NCBI GenBank assembly: GCA_044348005.1
Contig: JBIKTR010000004.1
Span: forward strand, 66,980-130,979
Direction of reading: 5' to 3'
From: Vampirovibrionales bacterium
GTDB taxonomy: Bacteria; Cyanobacteriota; Vampirovibrionia; Vampirovibrionales; JAJTHC01
Length of the DNA: 64,000 nt
Part shown: positions 1-9,698 of the stretch, in pieces
How the letters are laid out: the number at the start of each line of letters is the position of its first letter
How positions within the stretch are numbered: the stretch's first letter is position 1
Program-made: the position numbers and the translations under genes
The notes under the pieces: model-generated
Databases searched by the model: none
What the model saw: the letters and a program-made list of their open reading frames with translations, nothing else
What the model was told of the DNA's origin: nothing

Positions 1-155
1 GCAAAAACATTCACCACGTGTTAGATGTCAAAACGCTGGTGTTAGACTTACTTAAAAAGCAGACGCCTGAAGAACTGGAGCACGCATTTTGGCAACGCTT
101 GCCCGAATTAAGTGAAGACTGCATTAAAGGCTACTTCTTCATGACGCGGGGGTAA
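1..155 (+). CDS. 3' end of an unidentified CDS that ends ...GYFFMTRG* and continues upstream of the window
   Basis: Open frame runs off the window start; stop TAA at 153-155; no recognisable domain in 51 aa. Confidence 0.3.
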   Translation, partial: KNIHHVLDVKTLVLDLLKKQTPEELEHAFWQRLPELSEDCIKGYFFMTRG

Positions 156-175
156 AACTCGCTATTGTACACGCT

Positions 176-1105
176 TTACAACTGCACCAGCTGGCACCAG
201 TGACTGTAGGCGGGCACTTGGTTTCGCACGACTTTAAAATATAAGTCTTGAATTTGTTGAGAAAGCGCCCCCACTTCGCCTGTGCCAATGGGGCGGTGAT
301 CCACCTTGGTGACGCTGGCCACTTGTGCGCCTGTACCGCAGAAGAAGAGTTCGTCCGCCACGTAAAGTTCGGTGCGCTCTACGGCCCGTTCCACCACGCT
401 TAGGCCCAATTCTTGGCGCGCGATCTGAATAATTGTGTCACGCGTAATGCCTTCTAAAATGTTTTCCGTATTGGAAGGGGTGATGAGTTGGCCATTTCTG
501 ACCATAAACAAGTTCATGGCAGAACCTTCAGAAACCTTGCCTTGTTCAGTCAGCACAATGGCATCATCAAAACCAGCACGGCGGGCATCGGTGACGGCAA
601 GGGCCGTGTTCATGTAGGCGCCACCCGCTTTGGCACGGGGGGGAATGGCGTTGTCTCCGTTGCGGCGCCAGTTGGAAACGGTGACGTGCAAGCCCTTGTT
701 GGTGGGGATGTAGTCGCCCAAGGGTTGGGTGAAAATGCTTAGACTGGTGGGGTCTTTGTCGAGGCAGGGGCCTATGGAAAGGCCGTCTTTAAAAAGGGTG
801 GGGCGAATGTAGGTGTCGCCTTTATGCGCATTTTGACGAATCAACTCAGCCACAAGGTTCAGGCAATCTTCGAGCGTTTCTTCAATGTGCATGTGAAAAA
901 TGTTGGCATTGGCCAGTAGGCGTTCAAAGTGTTCTTTGGCCCTAAAAATGGCAATGGCGTTTTGCTCTTCAATCCAATAGCCACGAATCCCTTCGAAAAT
1001 CGAGGTGCCATACAACAACGAATGGTTACGAATGGACACGACGGCTTCGGCATTGGGGCGAATTTGACCGCGAAAATAAACATAAGCAGGCGTTGAAGCG
1101 TTCAT
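176..1105 (-). CDS. ilvE: Branched-chain amino acid aminotransferase
   Basis: 309 aa; fold IV PLP aminotransferase signature (YIRP, LTEQGKVSEGSAMNLF, EELFFCGTGAQV); ATG start. Confidence 0.9.
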   Translation of the reverse strand: MNASTPAYVYFRGQIRPNAEAVVSIRNHSLLYGTSIFEGIRGYWIEEQNAIAIFRAKEHFERLLANANIFHMHIEETLEDCLNLVAELIRQNAHKGDTYIRPTLFKDGLSIGPCLDKDPTSLSIFTQPLGDYIPTNKGLHVTVSNWRRNGDNAIPPRAKAGGAYMNTALAVTDARRAGFDDAIVLTEQGKVSEGSAMNLFMVRNGQLITPSNTENILEGITRDTIIQIARQELGLSVVERAVERTELYVADELFFCGTGAQVASVTKVDHRPIGTGEVGALSQQIQDLYFKVVRNQVPAYSHWCQLVQL

Positions 1106-1183
1106 GGAAACATCCTTTAATTAAGCGTAAAACAGGTGCAAAAACAGGTGAAAAAATGTTTTTTTCATTGTAGCGTAAAAAAA

Positions 1184-2197
1184 TCAAATAATCCATTCCC
1201 ACTGCGGAATGCCTTGAAAATAAAGCAAGGCGCTTAAATCATTGAACTGCACACAAACGCGACTTTGGGCTTGTACGGCTTTTTTGGCATGAAACGCCAC
1301 GCCCATGCCACTGGCTTGAAGCATGCGCAAATCATTCGCGCCGTCGCCCACGCACAGGGTGGATTCAAGGGGAAGCGACAGGCGTTTGCTGTAATAGACT
1401 AAGGCGTCGTGCTTGGCTTGTTGGCCTAAAATCGGGGGAATAACTTCGCCTGTAAAGACGCCGTCTGCTTCTTCAAGGCGGTTGGCTTGGTGGGCATCCA
1501 TGCGTAACTCATCGGCCACGGCTTGGGTAAAGGGGGTGAATCCGCCAGAAACCAGCACGCTAAAGGCGCCAAAATGCTTCATGGTTTGCACCAAGGTGTG
1601 GGCCCCCGCCATGCGAGAGGTCGTGCGTAAAACGTCTTGTACACATTCAACAGGCAGGCCTTTTAACAAGGCGACTCGCTCAATGAGCGCCTCTTCAAAA
1701 TTCAGCGTCCCGTTCATGGCGGCTTCGGTAATGCGAGCGACTTCGGCTTTTTTACCGACAAAATCCGCCAATTCATCAATGCATTCGCCTTCTAAAAAGG
1801 TGGAATCCATGTCGCTCATCAGCAACGCTTTTCGACGTGCAAAGGCATCATCCACAGGGTGAAGGCACCAATCGAGCTTGAAACCGTCTAGGGCGTCTTT
1901 AACGAGGGCGTGCATGCCAAAAAAGGCACAGGGTTCTTCGAGTTCTAGGGTAAAATCCCACGCCGATTGGTGTTCGGCTACCGCAGGGTGGTTTAAAGGC
2001 GTGAGTTGAGCCACGTGCAAGGGCATAAAATAATTCAAACCTTCCACCAACACAGGCACATTTTTCGCCCGAACGGATTCCCAGCGGTGGGTGGCGTGTT
2101 GATGCGGTTGCCAGCGTAAATCTTGGGCGGCTAAAACAACCGTAAGCACCCATGTTTTATAGGGTTTTTCCCAGTTGATGGGGGGGGCTTCATTCAT
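1184..2197 (-). CDS. serB: Phosphoserine phosphatase (HAD family) with N-terminal regulatory domain
   Basis: DMDSTFL (DxD nucleophile), VSGGF, GDGANDL HAD motifs; start chosen at MNEAPP (2197) giving an ATGA overlap with the upstream gene; ORF extends to 2248. Confidence 0.85.
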   Translation of the reverse strand: MNEAPPINWEKPYKTWVLTVVLAAQDLRWQPHQHATHRWESVRAKNVPVLVEGLNYFMPLHVAQLTPLNHPAVAEHQSAWDFTLELEEPCAFFGMHALVKDALDGFKLDWCLHPVDDAFARRKALLMSDMDSTFLEGECIDELADFVGKKAEVARITEAAMNGTLNFEEALIERVALLKGLPVECVQDVLRTTSRMAGAHTLVQTMKHFGAFSVLVSGGFTPFTQAVADELRMDAHQANRLEEADGVFTGEVIPPILGQQAKHDALVYYSKRLSLPLESTLCVGDGANDLRMLQASGMGVAFHAKKAVQAQSRVCVQFNDLSALLYFQGIPQWEWII

Positions 2198-2796
2198 GCC
2201 ATGGCATCCGAAAGGTTGTGGTGGTGGGCTTCTAAAATGGCGAGCCACGGTGTGCGCCCTTGCTGAACAATCGCGGCGTCCACGTCAAAACGCATACACC
2301 CAAAACACGGGGAATGGCAACACACTTTGTCTGTTTCAACGGAAAAGGCATCCACGGCTTCAGGGGTGAGCGCGAGCTGTTGATAAATATAAGCTTGAAG
2401 GGCCTCTTCACGTTCAGGCGTCCACGTTTGGCCTTCATGCAGTTCAACGGCCAATTTGACTTGGCTTTGCGCAATTTCACGAAATTCGTTGGGGGTGAGG
2501 GTGGGGAGCTTCACGTTGCGTTGGAAGTAACGCCCAAACCAAATTTGAGCAATACCGTAGTGTTGGAGTAAATCAGCGTCGTTCAAGCCCGCTTCTTCAA
2601 GAAAGCCTTGCCCTAAGGCGTAGGCAAGCGTGCCATCGGGATTGTAGGCGGTTTCAGTGGCGATGCGTCGTTCAAAATCACAGACGTGTTGGGCATAAGC
2701 GCTTTGAAGCTGAGGATCAGGGAAAGTCATGGGCGTCCTTTTTGCGTTTTTTGGGGGGAGTGATTCTATTGTATCGGAAGCAGAAGCGCTATTCAA
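2194..2796 (-). CDS. Hypothetical protein with C-terminal CCHSPCFGC cysteine cluster
   Basis: 200 aa ORF (start alternatively MTFPDP at 2730); stop overlaps the serB start (ATGA); no confident family assignment. Confidence 0.5.
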   Translation of the reverse strand: MNSASASDTIESLPPKNAKRTPMTFPDPQLQSAYAQHVCDFERRIATETAYNPDGTLAYALGQGFLEEAGLNDADLLQHYGIAQIWFGRYFQRNVKLPTLTPNEFREIAQSQVKLAVELHEGQTWTPEREEALQAYIYQQLALTPEAVDAFSVETDKVCCHSPCFGCMRFDVDAAIVQQGRTPWLAILEAHHHNLSDAMA

Positions 2797-2843
2797 GCGT
2801 GAAAGTTTTAGGGGTTGACAGAGCCCCCTCTTTTTTTACTATC

Positions 2844-2871
2844 TAAATGAAAGCCCTTGATGCTTTTCTCC
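2844..2871 (+). promoter_or_regulatory. Consensus-like sigma70 promoter (TTGACA-16/17-TACTAT) of paralog-family gene 2906
   Basis: TTGACA at 2844 and TACTAT at 2866; same module upstream of the 12939, 21204 and 22179 genes. Confidence 0.5.
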
Positions 2872-2905
2872 ACTTGTTTCCCTCATCCTTAAAAAAGGTC
2901 TTACT

Positions 2906-3610
2906 ATGATTTCTTCTCTCTCTCGTTTTGGCACGTCTTTGCCCGCTTATTCAACCAACCCTGCCTTTACTGCCACGACTGAGAACAGTAAAGCACTAGG
3001 GGTCTCTTCACGGGCTAACACCCAACGCCAAGGCTTTTCTATCTTTACATTCACTGGGATGATGATGGAAACTGATTTAAAACCCAATCAAGTTAGTTTT
3101 ACTCCTTCTCAAGTACAAGATAAACTAACGGATATATTTGATAGAAACCTTCCTCGAGATATTGTTCCTTATCTAAAGGAGCGCTTTGAAAGTGTCTTTC
3201 CCAACACGGCCGATCCACTGACTGTTCTCAAAGATTGGCTTGGGGGGAAAGGGCAGGATACACCGCCAATTACAAAAAAAACGCTTCGTGCCTACATTCA
3301 AGATTGTAAGTTTTATGCAAGGATGTTAGAACAAGCAGAAACCCCAGTTCAAACAAGAAAGACAGGAAAAAAACCGAGCTCAGCTAACAAAACAAAGTTA
3401 GATAAATGGGTAGAAAAAATGCGTGATAAAGAATGGAGTGAACTCCCTCTTACTACAACAGAACAGAGACGATGGGCTTCTTACAAGATTTGGCTTAAGC
3501 TAGAGCTACAACATAGAAACACGACAGATCAAAAACAAGCACGCGGGCAGTTATTTACAAACTTGATTCCTAAATTAAAAGCATTACTACCCCCTGTTCC
3601 AGCCAAGTAG
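2906..3610 (+). CDS. Hypothetical protein, member of a paralog family with shared N-terminal ~45 aa (..N.QRQGF motif) and a unique helical C-terminus
   Basis: N-terminus MISSLSRFGTSLPAY..ANTQRQGFS parallels the 21204 and 22179 proteins; AT-rich C-terminal body; ATG start. Confidence 0.6.
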   Translation: MISSLSRFGTSLPAYSTNPAFTATTENSKALGVSSRANTQRQGFSIFTFTGMMMETDLKPNQVSFTPSQVQDKLTDIFDRNLPRDIVPYLKERFESVFPNTADPLTVLKDWLGGKGQDTPPITKKTLRAYIQDCKFYARMLEQAETPVQTRKTGKKPSSANKTKLDKWVEKMRDKEWSELPLTTTEQRRWASYKIWLKLELQHRNTTDQKQARGQLFTNLIPKLKALLPPVPAK

Positions 3611-4096
3611 TTAGAAAAGAGCCCCCTCACCCCAACCCTCTCCCAGAGGGAGAGGGGGTAAAGCCAGCTTGCCGACGGCGCACTAAATGCGAGGCTTCCG
3701 AGACATTTTGCGCACGGCAGGAACGGAGCGAAAGCGAGAGGGGTGGGATAAACTCATTCACGAAGTGAATCTACTTCTTTAGGATGGAGAGGTTAGGAGA
3801 GGAAACCAACGGTTTTCTTTCCTAAGAGAAAAAGTCAGAGACTTTTTCGACGGGAGGGGGATTCTTAAGGGGGGCATACTGGGGGGAGGGAGGACGTAAC
3901 ACGTCCCTCCCCCCGCCGCCCCTTAAGCCGCTTTGGGGGTTTGGGGAGTCTTTGGCGGGACAAAGACCCCCAAGCACCAGCTCAAAAAGGGAACAAGAAA
4001 ACCCCCTCACCCCAACCCTCTCCCAAAGGGAGAGGGAGTAAAACGCCCTTTCGCAGAGTCTTCTATAATACAGAAAACTCCTAGGTTTAAAGGAAG
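3611..4096. repeat. Mosaic cluster of small palindromic repeats (families R1, R4, R5, R6)
   Basis: R1 hairpin ccctctccc-aga-gggagaggg at 3622-3663 and 4002-4044; 3661-3730 is the reverse complement of 12425-12511; 3735-3835 matches 20896-20996; 3884-3997 is near-identical to 25272-25398. Confidence 0.85.
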
Positions 4097-4189
4097 TTGT
4101 GTTGGGTCAGGCTTGGCATAGGGACGAAATTTTGCTACAGTGTTTTTATAGGTAAACAACCCAACCAAACGCCACAAAGGAAGCCCCCC

Positions 4190-4405
4190 ATGGGGAAATC
4201 ACGCACGAACCACGCCCATTTTCAAGACGACTACACCCTTCGCGCCAAAAAAACCAGCGAACCTTCTAAAAAATCCTTTCGCAACCTCACCAAGCAGTGG
4301 GAACTGCTCGTAGAAGACGACCTAGACGAATACAACAACGAAGAAGCCCCACCAAACTCGGGCGACTACTTCTTAGGTGAGCTAGACGCTTCAACATTGG
4401 ATTGA
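4190..4405 (+). CDS. Small acidic hypothetical protein (72 aa)
   Basis: ATG preceded by AAGGAAG; ORF from MGKSRTNHAHF; no known domain. Confidence 0.35.
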   Translation: MGKSRTNHAHFQDDYTLRAKKTSEPSKKSFRNLTKQWELLVEDDLDEYNNEEAPPNSGDYFLGELDASTLD

Positions 4406-4411
4406 ACCACA

Positions 4412-4648
4412 CTAGCCAATTAAGCCATCACCCAAGTCCACTTCACTGGACTTCATAATCAACGCTTGGTAAATGACTTTTTCGTCATTATAGCTATTAA
4501 GTTCCGTGCCAAAAGGATCTGACTTGCGACGTTCGCGTTGGCTGTCCATCAGGCGTTTGGCGAGTTCCGCAATTTGAAGCACCAGCTTATAGCGGTTGTC
4601 GACTTGTTCGTTTAAATCACTGGCGATATTGGTGTGCATGACGGACAT
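4412..4648 (-). CDS. rpoZ: DNA-directed RNA polymerase omega subunit-like protein
   Basis: NRYKLVLQIAELAKRL resembles the RpoZ core (NRY/F.LV...A.RAR); ORF extends to 4726, internal start at MSVMHT more likely. Confidence 0.55.
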   Translation of the reverse strand: MSVMHTNIASDLNEQVDNRYKLVLQIAELAKRLMDSQRERRKSDPFGTELNSYNDEKVIYQALIMKSSEVDLGDGLIG

Positions 4649-4744
4649 AGAAAAGAACTCCCTTCGATTTGTTGAGATACCTTTATAATCCCACAAACGC
4701 GAAGAATCGACAAGCTTTTTATTCACAAGTGCATGCGGGCTCCC

Positions 4745-5917
4745 TTAAGACGTGGCTTCAAGCATCACGGCGTTCATGGGGCCAAGCCCATAGGCCCGCA
4801 CTTGGTTTCGCCCACTTCGCTTGGATTCGTACAACCCAAGATCCGCTTCTTCAAATAAGGTGGTGGCATCGTGACGCCGTGGGTCAAATTGCGTCACCCC
4901 TGAACTAATCGTCATGCGCAAGGGTTTGCCTGCCGCCACAAAAATATGTTCCCCCACCAAGCGACGCAACCTGTCCAACAACGAAAGGGCTTCTAAGCAC
5001 CGTGTTTCCGGCAGAATCAAGGCAAACTCTTCCCCCCCGTAACGCGCCACCACATCCATGTCTCGCAGATTGTTTCGTAACACCCCTGCCAGTTCTACCA
5101 AAACGTCGTCGCCCGCTTTATGGCCGTAAACGTCGTTAATCTGTTTAAAGTGGTCAATGTCTAACATCGCCACTGAAAGAGGCGCCCCCGTGCGACGGCT
5201 TCGAGAAATTTCGCGTAACATCACGCTAGTAAGACTACGACGGTTCATCAATCCAGTCAGGTCGTCTTTACTGGCGGTGTCTTTTTCCATATTTAAGGCA
5301 CGGTTTAGGTTCAGAATATGATCTTCATAACGTTTAATGCACACAATAAGGTACACAAAGGCCAAGCTTTTCAGCAAGGCGCCACTGAAGTTGACCCAAA
5401 GGTTTTGCTTTAAAATCAGCGCATTGATGTGATGCACCGGCTGGGGTAAAAACAACGCCAGATTGATCAGAAATACCCCAAAACAAGCCCCCCACACCCA
5501 TTTGCGAGGCGACTGAATCAAAGGCAAATGCCCAAGCATCATTAAAATAGGCAAGCTGTACCACATTAAACTGGCATGATGCTGAGAAATCATGAGCCCT
5601 GAAAGCACTAAAACACTTAGGGGAAAGACGCTGTACAGCGACCATTTAAGCCACGCCCGCAAGGGAGGCATAAAAATAAAGACGGTATACAACACGGCAA
5701 TGGCGATCGTTAGTTCTTCGATTTGAAAGGTAAACGCGGTGCCAATGGTGGTGGCGCCCATGTGGTGGTTTTGTACGAGCATGCACATGACTTCATACAC
5801 GGCACTGAGCCAAGTCAAGCCTAAGAGTGGGTAAAGCTTTTGGCGATCCTTCAACACCAAAACATGCACCGCTTGGGTGAGTTTGTTGAACACGAAGGGC
5901 AGGGGGCGTTGTGGCAT
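4745..5917 (-). CDS. Membrane-anchored diguanylate cyclase (GGDEF domain)
   Basis: N-terminal multi-TM region then RYGGEEF active-site motif and DIDHFKQIND. Confidence 0.85.
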   Translation of the reverse strand: MPQRPLPFVFNKLTQAVHVLVLKDRQKLYPLLGLTWLSAVYEVMCMLVQNHHMGATTIGTAFTFQIEELTIAIAVLYTVFIFMPPLRAWLKWSLYSVFPLSVLVLSGLMISQHHASLMWYSLPILMMLGHLPLIQSPRKWVWGACFGVFLINLALFLPQPVHHINALILKQNLWVNFSGALLKSLAFVYLIVCIKRYEDHILNLNRALNMEKDTASKDDLTGLMNRRSLTSVMLREISRSRRTGAPLSVAMLDIDHFKQINDVYGHKAGDDVLVELAGVLRNNLRDMDVVARYGGEEFALILPETRCLEALSLLDRLRRLVGEHIFVAAGKPLRMTISSGVTQFDPRRHDATTLFEEADLGLYESKRSGRNQVRAYGLGPMNAVMLEATS

Positions 5918-5954
5918 GAGTTAAGCGCTCAATTGTTGTGTGAAAGGAAGGGGT

Positions 5955-6836
5955 TTACTTGTTTTCTAAGGTGGGGGGTGTGTTGAAGCCTTTAGGGAAG
6001 CTTTTTTCAAGCAATAAAATACGGCTTTGCGATTGCAACGCCAGTGCTGAGCCGGGATCCATTTGAATACAGCGTTCATAATACATCCACGCGCTTTGGG
6101 GTTGCTTGGCTTCATGGTAAAGCGTCGCGAGGTTAAAGAAGCTCGGCGGGTGTTTGGGATTGACCAACAAGGCGTTTTTATAGGCGTCAACTGCTTTTTC
6201 ATGCTGGCCCTGTTGTTGAAGAATCGTGCCTAAATTAAACCAGTGCCGTTCTGTTTCAGGGTACCATTGGGTCAAAGAAGTCAACAGCGCGAGGGCTTTT
6301 TCGCTTTGTGCCGATTCATGCAACGCCATGGCCCACCCCGCCACAGATGCTTCATGCCGTGGGCTTAACCCCACGGCTTTTTCAAAATAAGGCATGGCTT
6401 GCTTGGCGTGCGATTCGCTCAATTCAATATACCCTAAATTACTGTGGGCTTCCACCAAGTCAGGATTCAACTTAAGCGCCTGTTTAAAGGCTTTTTTCGC
6501 ATTTTGACGCAACCGGTACGATTCCCCGATGCTTTGGGTGCTGGTGCCTTGAGACGCGTGAAACAGCCGAACCCCTTCATTATAAATCACCACGGCTTCT
6601 TCTTTGGGCGCAAGCGTTGGGACGACTTCATTCGAGGGAGCCGGCTGGGTGAGTTTAGTGACTTTGGGCGCCTTTTTAGCAGGCGGCGTTGCTGTGACGC
6701 TTGATGCGGGTGTGGCGGGTGTGTGGGTTGGGGACGTTTGGGGACGCTTCACGCCCGCCTGCGCGGTGGGCAACGCCCAAGCCACGAAAAGCGCTAGAAC
6801 AAGTGCAAGGCAGAAGAAGGGACGAAGATTGAACAA
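5955..6836 (-). CDS. Secreted TPR-repeat protein with Pro/Thr-rich linker
   Basis: Signal peptide MFNLRPFFCLALVLALFVAWALPTAQA (TTG start, GAGGTG RBS); TPR-like helical repeats; G9 tract immediately upstream. Confidence 0.65.
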   Translation of the reverse strand: MFNLRPFFCLALVLALFVAWALPTAQAGVKRPQTSPTHTPATPASSVTATPPAKKAPKVTKLTQPAPSNEVVPTLAPKEEAVVIYNEGVRLFHASQGTSTQSIGESYRLRQNAKKAFKQALKLNPDLVEAHSNLGYIELSESHAKQAMPYFEKAVGLSPRHEASVAGWAMALHESAQSEKALALLTSLTQWYPETERHWFNLGTILQQQGQHEKAVDAYKNALLVNPKHPPSFFNLATLYHEAKQPQSAWMYYERCIQMDPGSALALQSQSRILLLEKSFPKGFNTPPTLENK

Positions 6837-6985
6837 GGCATCACCTCAAGGGGGGGGGTAAAGTCAGGCAGGGCAGGCACAAGTGGCCGTTACTAACTTT
6901 TAGTGTAGCATAGAATCCACAAACGCCATACACCTTAAGGTTAATTTTAGGTAAGGTTAATTTATAATTTCAACATAACGCAAAG

Positions 6986-7020
6986 AAGGTCTGCGTTCAT
7001 TGTTCTGAACGCAGACCTTC
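6986..7020 (-). terminator. Intrinsic terminator hairpin downstream of the 7051-7968 gene
   Basis: Perfect 15-bp stem gaaggtctgcgttca/tgaacgcagaccttc with a 4-nt loop. Confidence 0.55.
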
Positions 7021-7050
7021 CAGCCATTTGTGTGCGACAAATCCCCGTAG

Positions 7051-7968
7051 TTACAAGGTTTCACTACCCGAGGCTCCGACAACAGCGCCACCAGCAAATC
7101 CTACAGAACCCGCTGCTACGGTTGCTCTTAATGGGTGATCTATAATAGACTGTCTTAAGCGATCACCTGTTTCTTGAATGCTGTTTGCAGCCTGTGTGCC
7201 AGCGTTTCTGACTGACGAACCAGCACCTGCTACGGCTTGTCCGACTGTTTCGCTCGCTTTAGCGGTTGCTGTTCGGACGGCTTCTGCAGCCTCTCCTGCT
7301 TTTGCTCTAGCCTGTCTTGCTTGATTTCTTACGCCTGCTTGTGCTCTAGCAAACCAAGAAGGTGAAGCTGTGGAAGAGGCAACCGCATCTGTTAATGGGG
7401 TATTCGGATCAACTACGTGCGTATAATTGGCAAAACTAGATGGCCAACCTGAAGCTTTAGAAGATCTGTAGGGTTGTGGTTGTTGCAATGTAGTGGGCGT
7501 CAAATCACCGTCTAAATTTCTAGAATATCTGTAGAGTTGTGGTTTTCTAGCTTCGAATGCGGGGGATAATAATTTAACCTCTTGTGGCGGAGGGTGAAGG
7601 CCTCCAACCTCCGAAGTTATATCACGAACTGCCACTGGTTTTATAGATAAATCAACATGCGCAGCACTTTTAGGGGCGGGCAAGAGTTTCTGTCCGCTTG
7701 CAAATCGTAGAGTTGCAGGTGGTGGGAAAGGAGGTACTTGAGAAGTGTTAACAAGCTTACTAAAATCTGTGTCCTTTACGACTTTTACTATCCCCTTTCC
7801 TGCTACTTCTACTGTAGACTGTGCTGCGTTTGGCCCAAATCGTACACGGTGTAGCGCCTCTTCCGCAACTGACCTTACAGTTTTACCTACTGTGTTAAAT
7901 AAAAACATATTATTTCGTCCTTCCCTGTTGTTTGCTTGATTCCGTTCACTAAAGATTCGAACAACCAT
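7051..7968 (-). CDS. Hypothetical low-complexity Ala/Gln-rich protein
   Basis: 305 aa ORF; C-terminal ARQARAKAGEAAEAVRTATAKA helical repeats; no family recognised. Confidence 0.45.
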   Translation of the reverse strand: MVVRIFSERNQANNREGRNNMFLFNTVGKTVRSVAEEALHRVRFGPNAAQSTVEVAGKGIVKVVKDTDFSKLVNTSQVPPFPPPATLRFASGQKLLPAPKSAAHVDLSIKPVAVRDITSEVGGLHPPPQEVKLLSPAFEARKPQLYRYSRNLDGDLTPTTLQQPQPYRSSKASGWPSSFANYTHVVDPNTPLTDAVASSTASPSWFARAQAGVRNQARQARAKAGEAAEAVRTATAKASETVGQAVAGAGSSVRNAGTQAANSIQETGDRLRQSIIDHPLRATVAAGSVGFAGGAVVGASGSETL

Positions 7969-8075
7969 TCCTAGCCTATATGAATGGTGTTTCTTATTTT
8001 TTTAAGTCCTGGTTTGTTCTTACTAGCTTAAAAACAAAGTCGGTTCACTATTGTGCTAGTAAAATTAAAAAAGTT

Positions 8076-9257
8076 TCAAAAGTTGAGCGTTTCGGCGTAA
8101 CCCGCGAGTTCTACATAGGCCCTGCCTTGCACCGGCGTTTGGCCCCGCGTGCCTGTAACAAGGTTCGCCCCTTCCCAATAGCTTAACGCCCTTTGCTTAG
8201 AAAAATAGAGTTCCTGTTCAGCCAAGGCAGGCGTTACGCGTAAGTTCAGCTTTAGGGCAGGCACCTTTAGTTCCCACGCACTGGGGTAGTTTACCCCACT
8301 TTGCGCACTCTTCCACCGGTTCAACACCTTTAATTCAAGTTCTTTTGCGGTGAATCGAATCACTTGGCCCGTTTTGCTCACCCACGTGGCGCCACTTTGC
8401 GGAGAAATCCCGCCATTTTTTTCACGCATGAAGTACAGCATCAGTTCTTGCCCGTCGTCTAACTGAATGGCAAACCAGTCCCACCCCACTTGTGTTTTAC
8501 TTAATTGAGACGAGCCAAACTCGTGATCAAACCAACTGTTGCCTGTTACTTGAAACACACGATCCTTCAAACGGGCGTGGGGGTCTTTGAGCGTCACGTG
8601 GCCCGTGGTTGAAATGTGGGTAAAACTATAGTACATGGACGCACAACTGGCACAGCTCCCTTTTTTAGAATAGCCGTTTGACGTTCCGTGAAAGACCTTG
8701 TCCTTCTTGGGAACCAAGTGTAAATCAAGCGAAAAGTGGGTGTCCTGCACGCTTAAATCCCACCGAGGGAGAGCCTCTTTTGGGTGGGGCCGTTCTTTGA
8801 GGCTCAGGCTTTTGGCCATAAAGCGCCACGGTTCTACTTTAACAACGTCACGAAAGGGGTTTTGGCGTTCATAGGCCGTGCTATAATAAAAATGCTTACC
8901 GCTTAGATCGCTCAAGGCCACATGAACCATGTACAGCTGTTGAGGCTTCCACGCACTGGATCTTAGCGTCAAGCTTTGTACCGCAGTGGGGCGTGAAAGT
9001 CGAAACAAGGTGGCCTCATACCCAAAGTGATGCGGGGCTTGAAAGGGCTGCCAAGGCGTGGCCAAATGACCCGTGGTGTACCACCATTCATTGGCGTAAT
9101 CAGGGTGTTCACCCTGATCTTGCGGGAATTGCCAGCGGTAATTAGGTTTAGCGATTAAAAACGGCGTGGTTGAAGATCCGCTGGCGTGAGCGGGTGGGCC
9201 ATTCAGCGAAAGCACCGTTGCGACCACGGTTAATACGAGTAAAATCATCCGCCACAT
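8076..9257 (-). CDS. AttH/CrtC-like lipocalin-domain secreted protein (hydroxyneurosporene synthase family)
   Basis: Signal peptide MWRMILLVLTVVATVLS; motif WQFPQDQGEHPDYANEWWYTTGHL typical of AttH/CrtC; ORF extends to 9413. Confidence 0.7.
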   Translation of the reverse strand: MWRMILLVLTVVATVLSLNGPPAHASGSSTTPFLIAKPNYRWQFPQDQGEHPDYANEWWYTTGHLATPWQPFQAPHHFGYEATLFRLSRPTAVQSLTLRSSAWKPQQLYMVHVALSDLSGKHFYYSTAYERQNPFRDVVKVEPWRFMAKSLSLKERPHPKEALPRWDLSVQDTHFSLDLHLVPKKDKVFHGTSNGYSKKGSCASCASMYYSFTHISTTGHVTLKDPHARLKDRVFQVTGNSWFDHEFGSSQLSKTQVGWDWFAIQLDDGQELMLYFMREKNGGISPQSGATWVSKTGQVIRFTAKELELKVLNRWKSAQSGVNYPSAWELKVPALKLNLRVTPALAEQELYFSKQRALSYWEGANLVTGTRGQTPVQGRAYVELAGYAETLNF

Positions 9258-9289
9258 CGCGTCGTTTCCTTTTGTTTGCTTCTGCTTAT

Positions 9290-9620
9290 CCTGTAGTATT
9301 TTAAAGAGTTTTCCATACAGTAGGCTAGACAAGGAGCCTAGATTATTTTGTGAAGGAGTGTAGATAGACCTACATGACTGAACAAAATAATCGTAGCGAC
9401 AAAGTATAGACACTGTAGGGGAAATTATTTAAAACACTATAACATAAATCTACAGGGGAGTAGACCGAATCTTTGTTGTCGACGTATACTTAATTTTATA
9501 AGTTTACGAAGCTGTCTTTACTCCCTCTCCCTATGGGAGAGGGTTGGGGTGAGGGATTCGGGATGCCCTATTGGAGCTGGTGTTTCCCTCATCCTAGCAT
9601 AGCCCGCCATAGGCGAGGCG
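9290..9620. repeat. Intergenic repeat cluster (family C element plus inverted R1 element with GWGEGFGMPYWSW extension)
   Basis: 9519-9560 is the reverse complement of the R1 consensus; 9300-9420 shares acagtaggcta..ggagcctagatt and cgtagcgacaa with 39700-39830 and 54525-54650. Confidence 0.6.
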
Positions 9621-9698
9621 TGCGACCTAAGGGAGGAGGGACAAAGCAAAATAGACTTTCACAGAGCTGTTTATATCAAGAAATTACCAAACGCAAGG

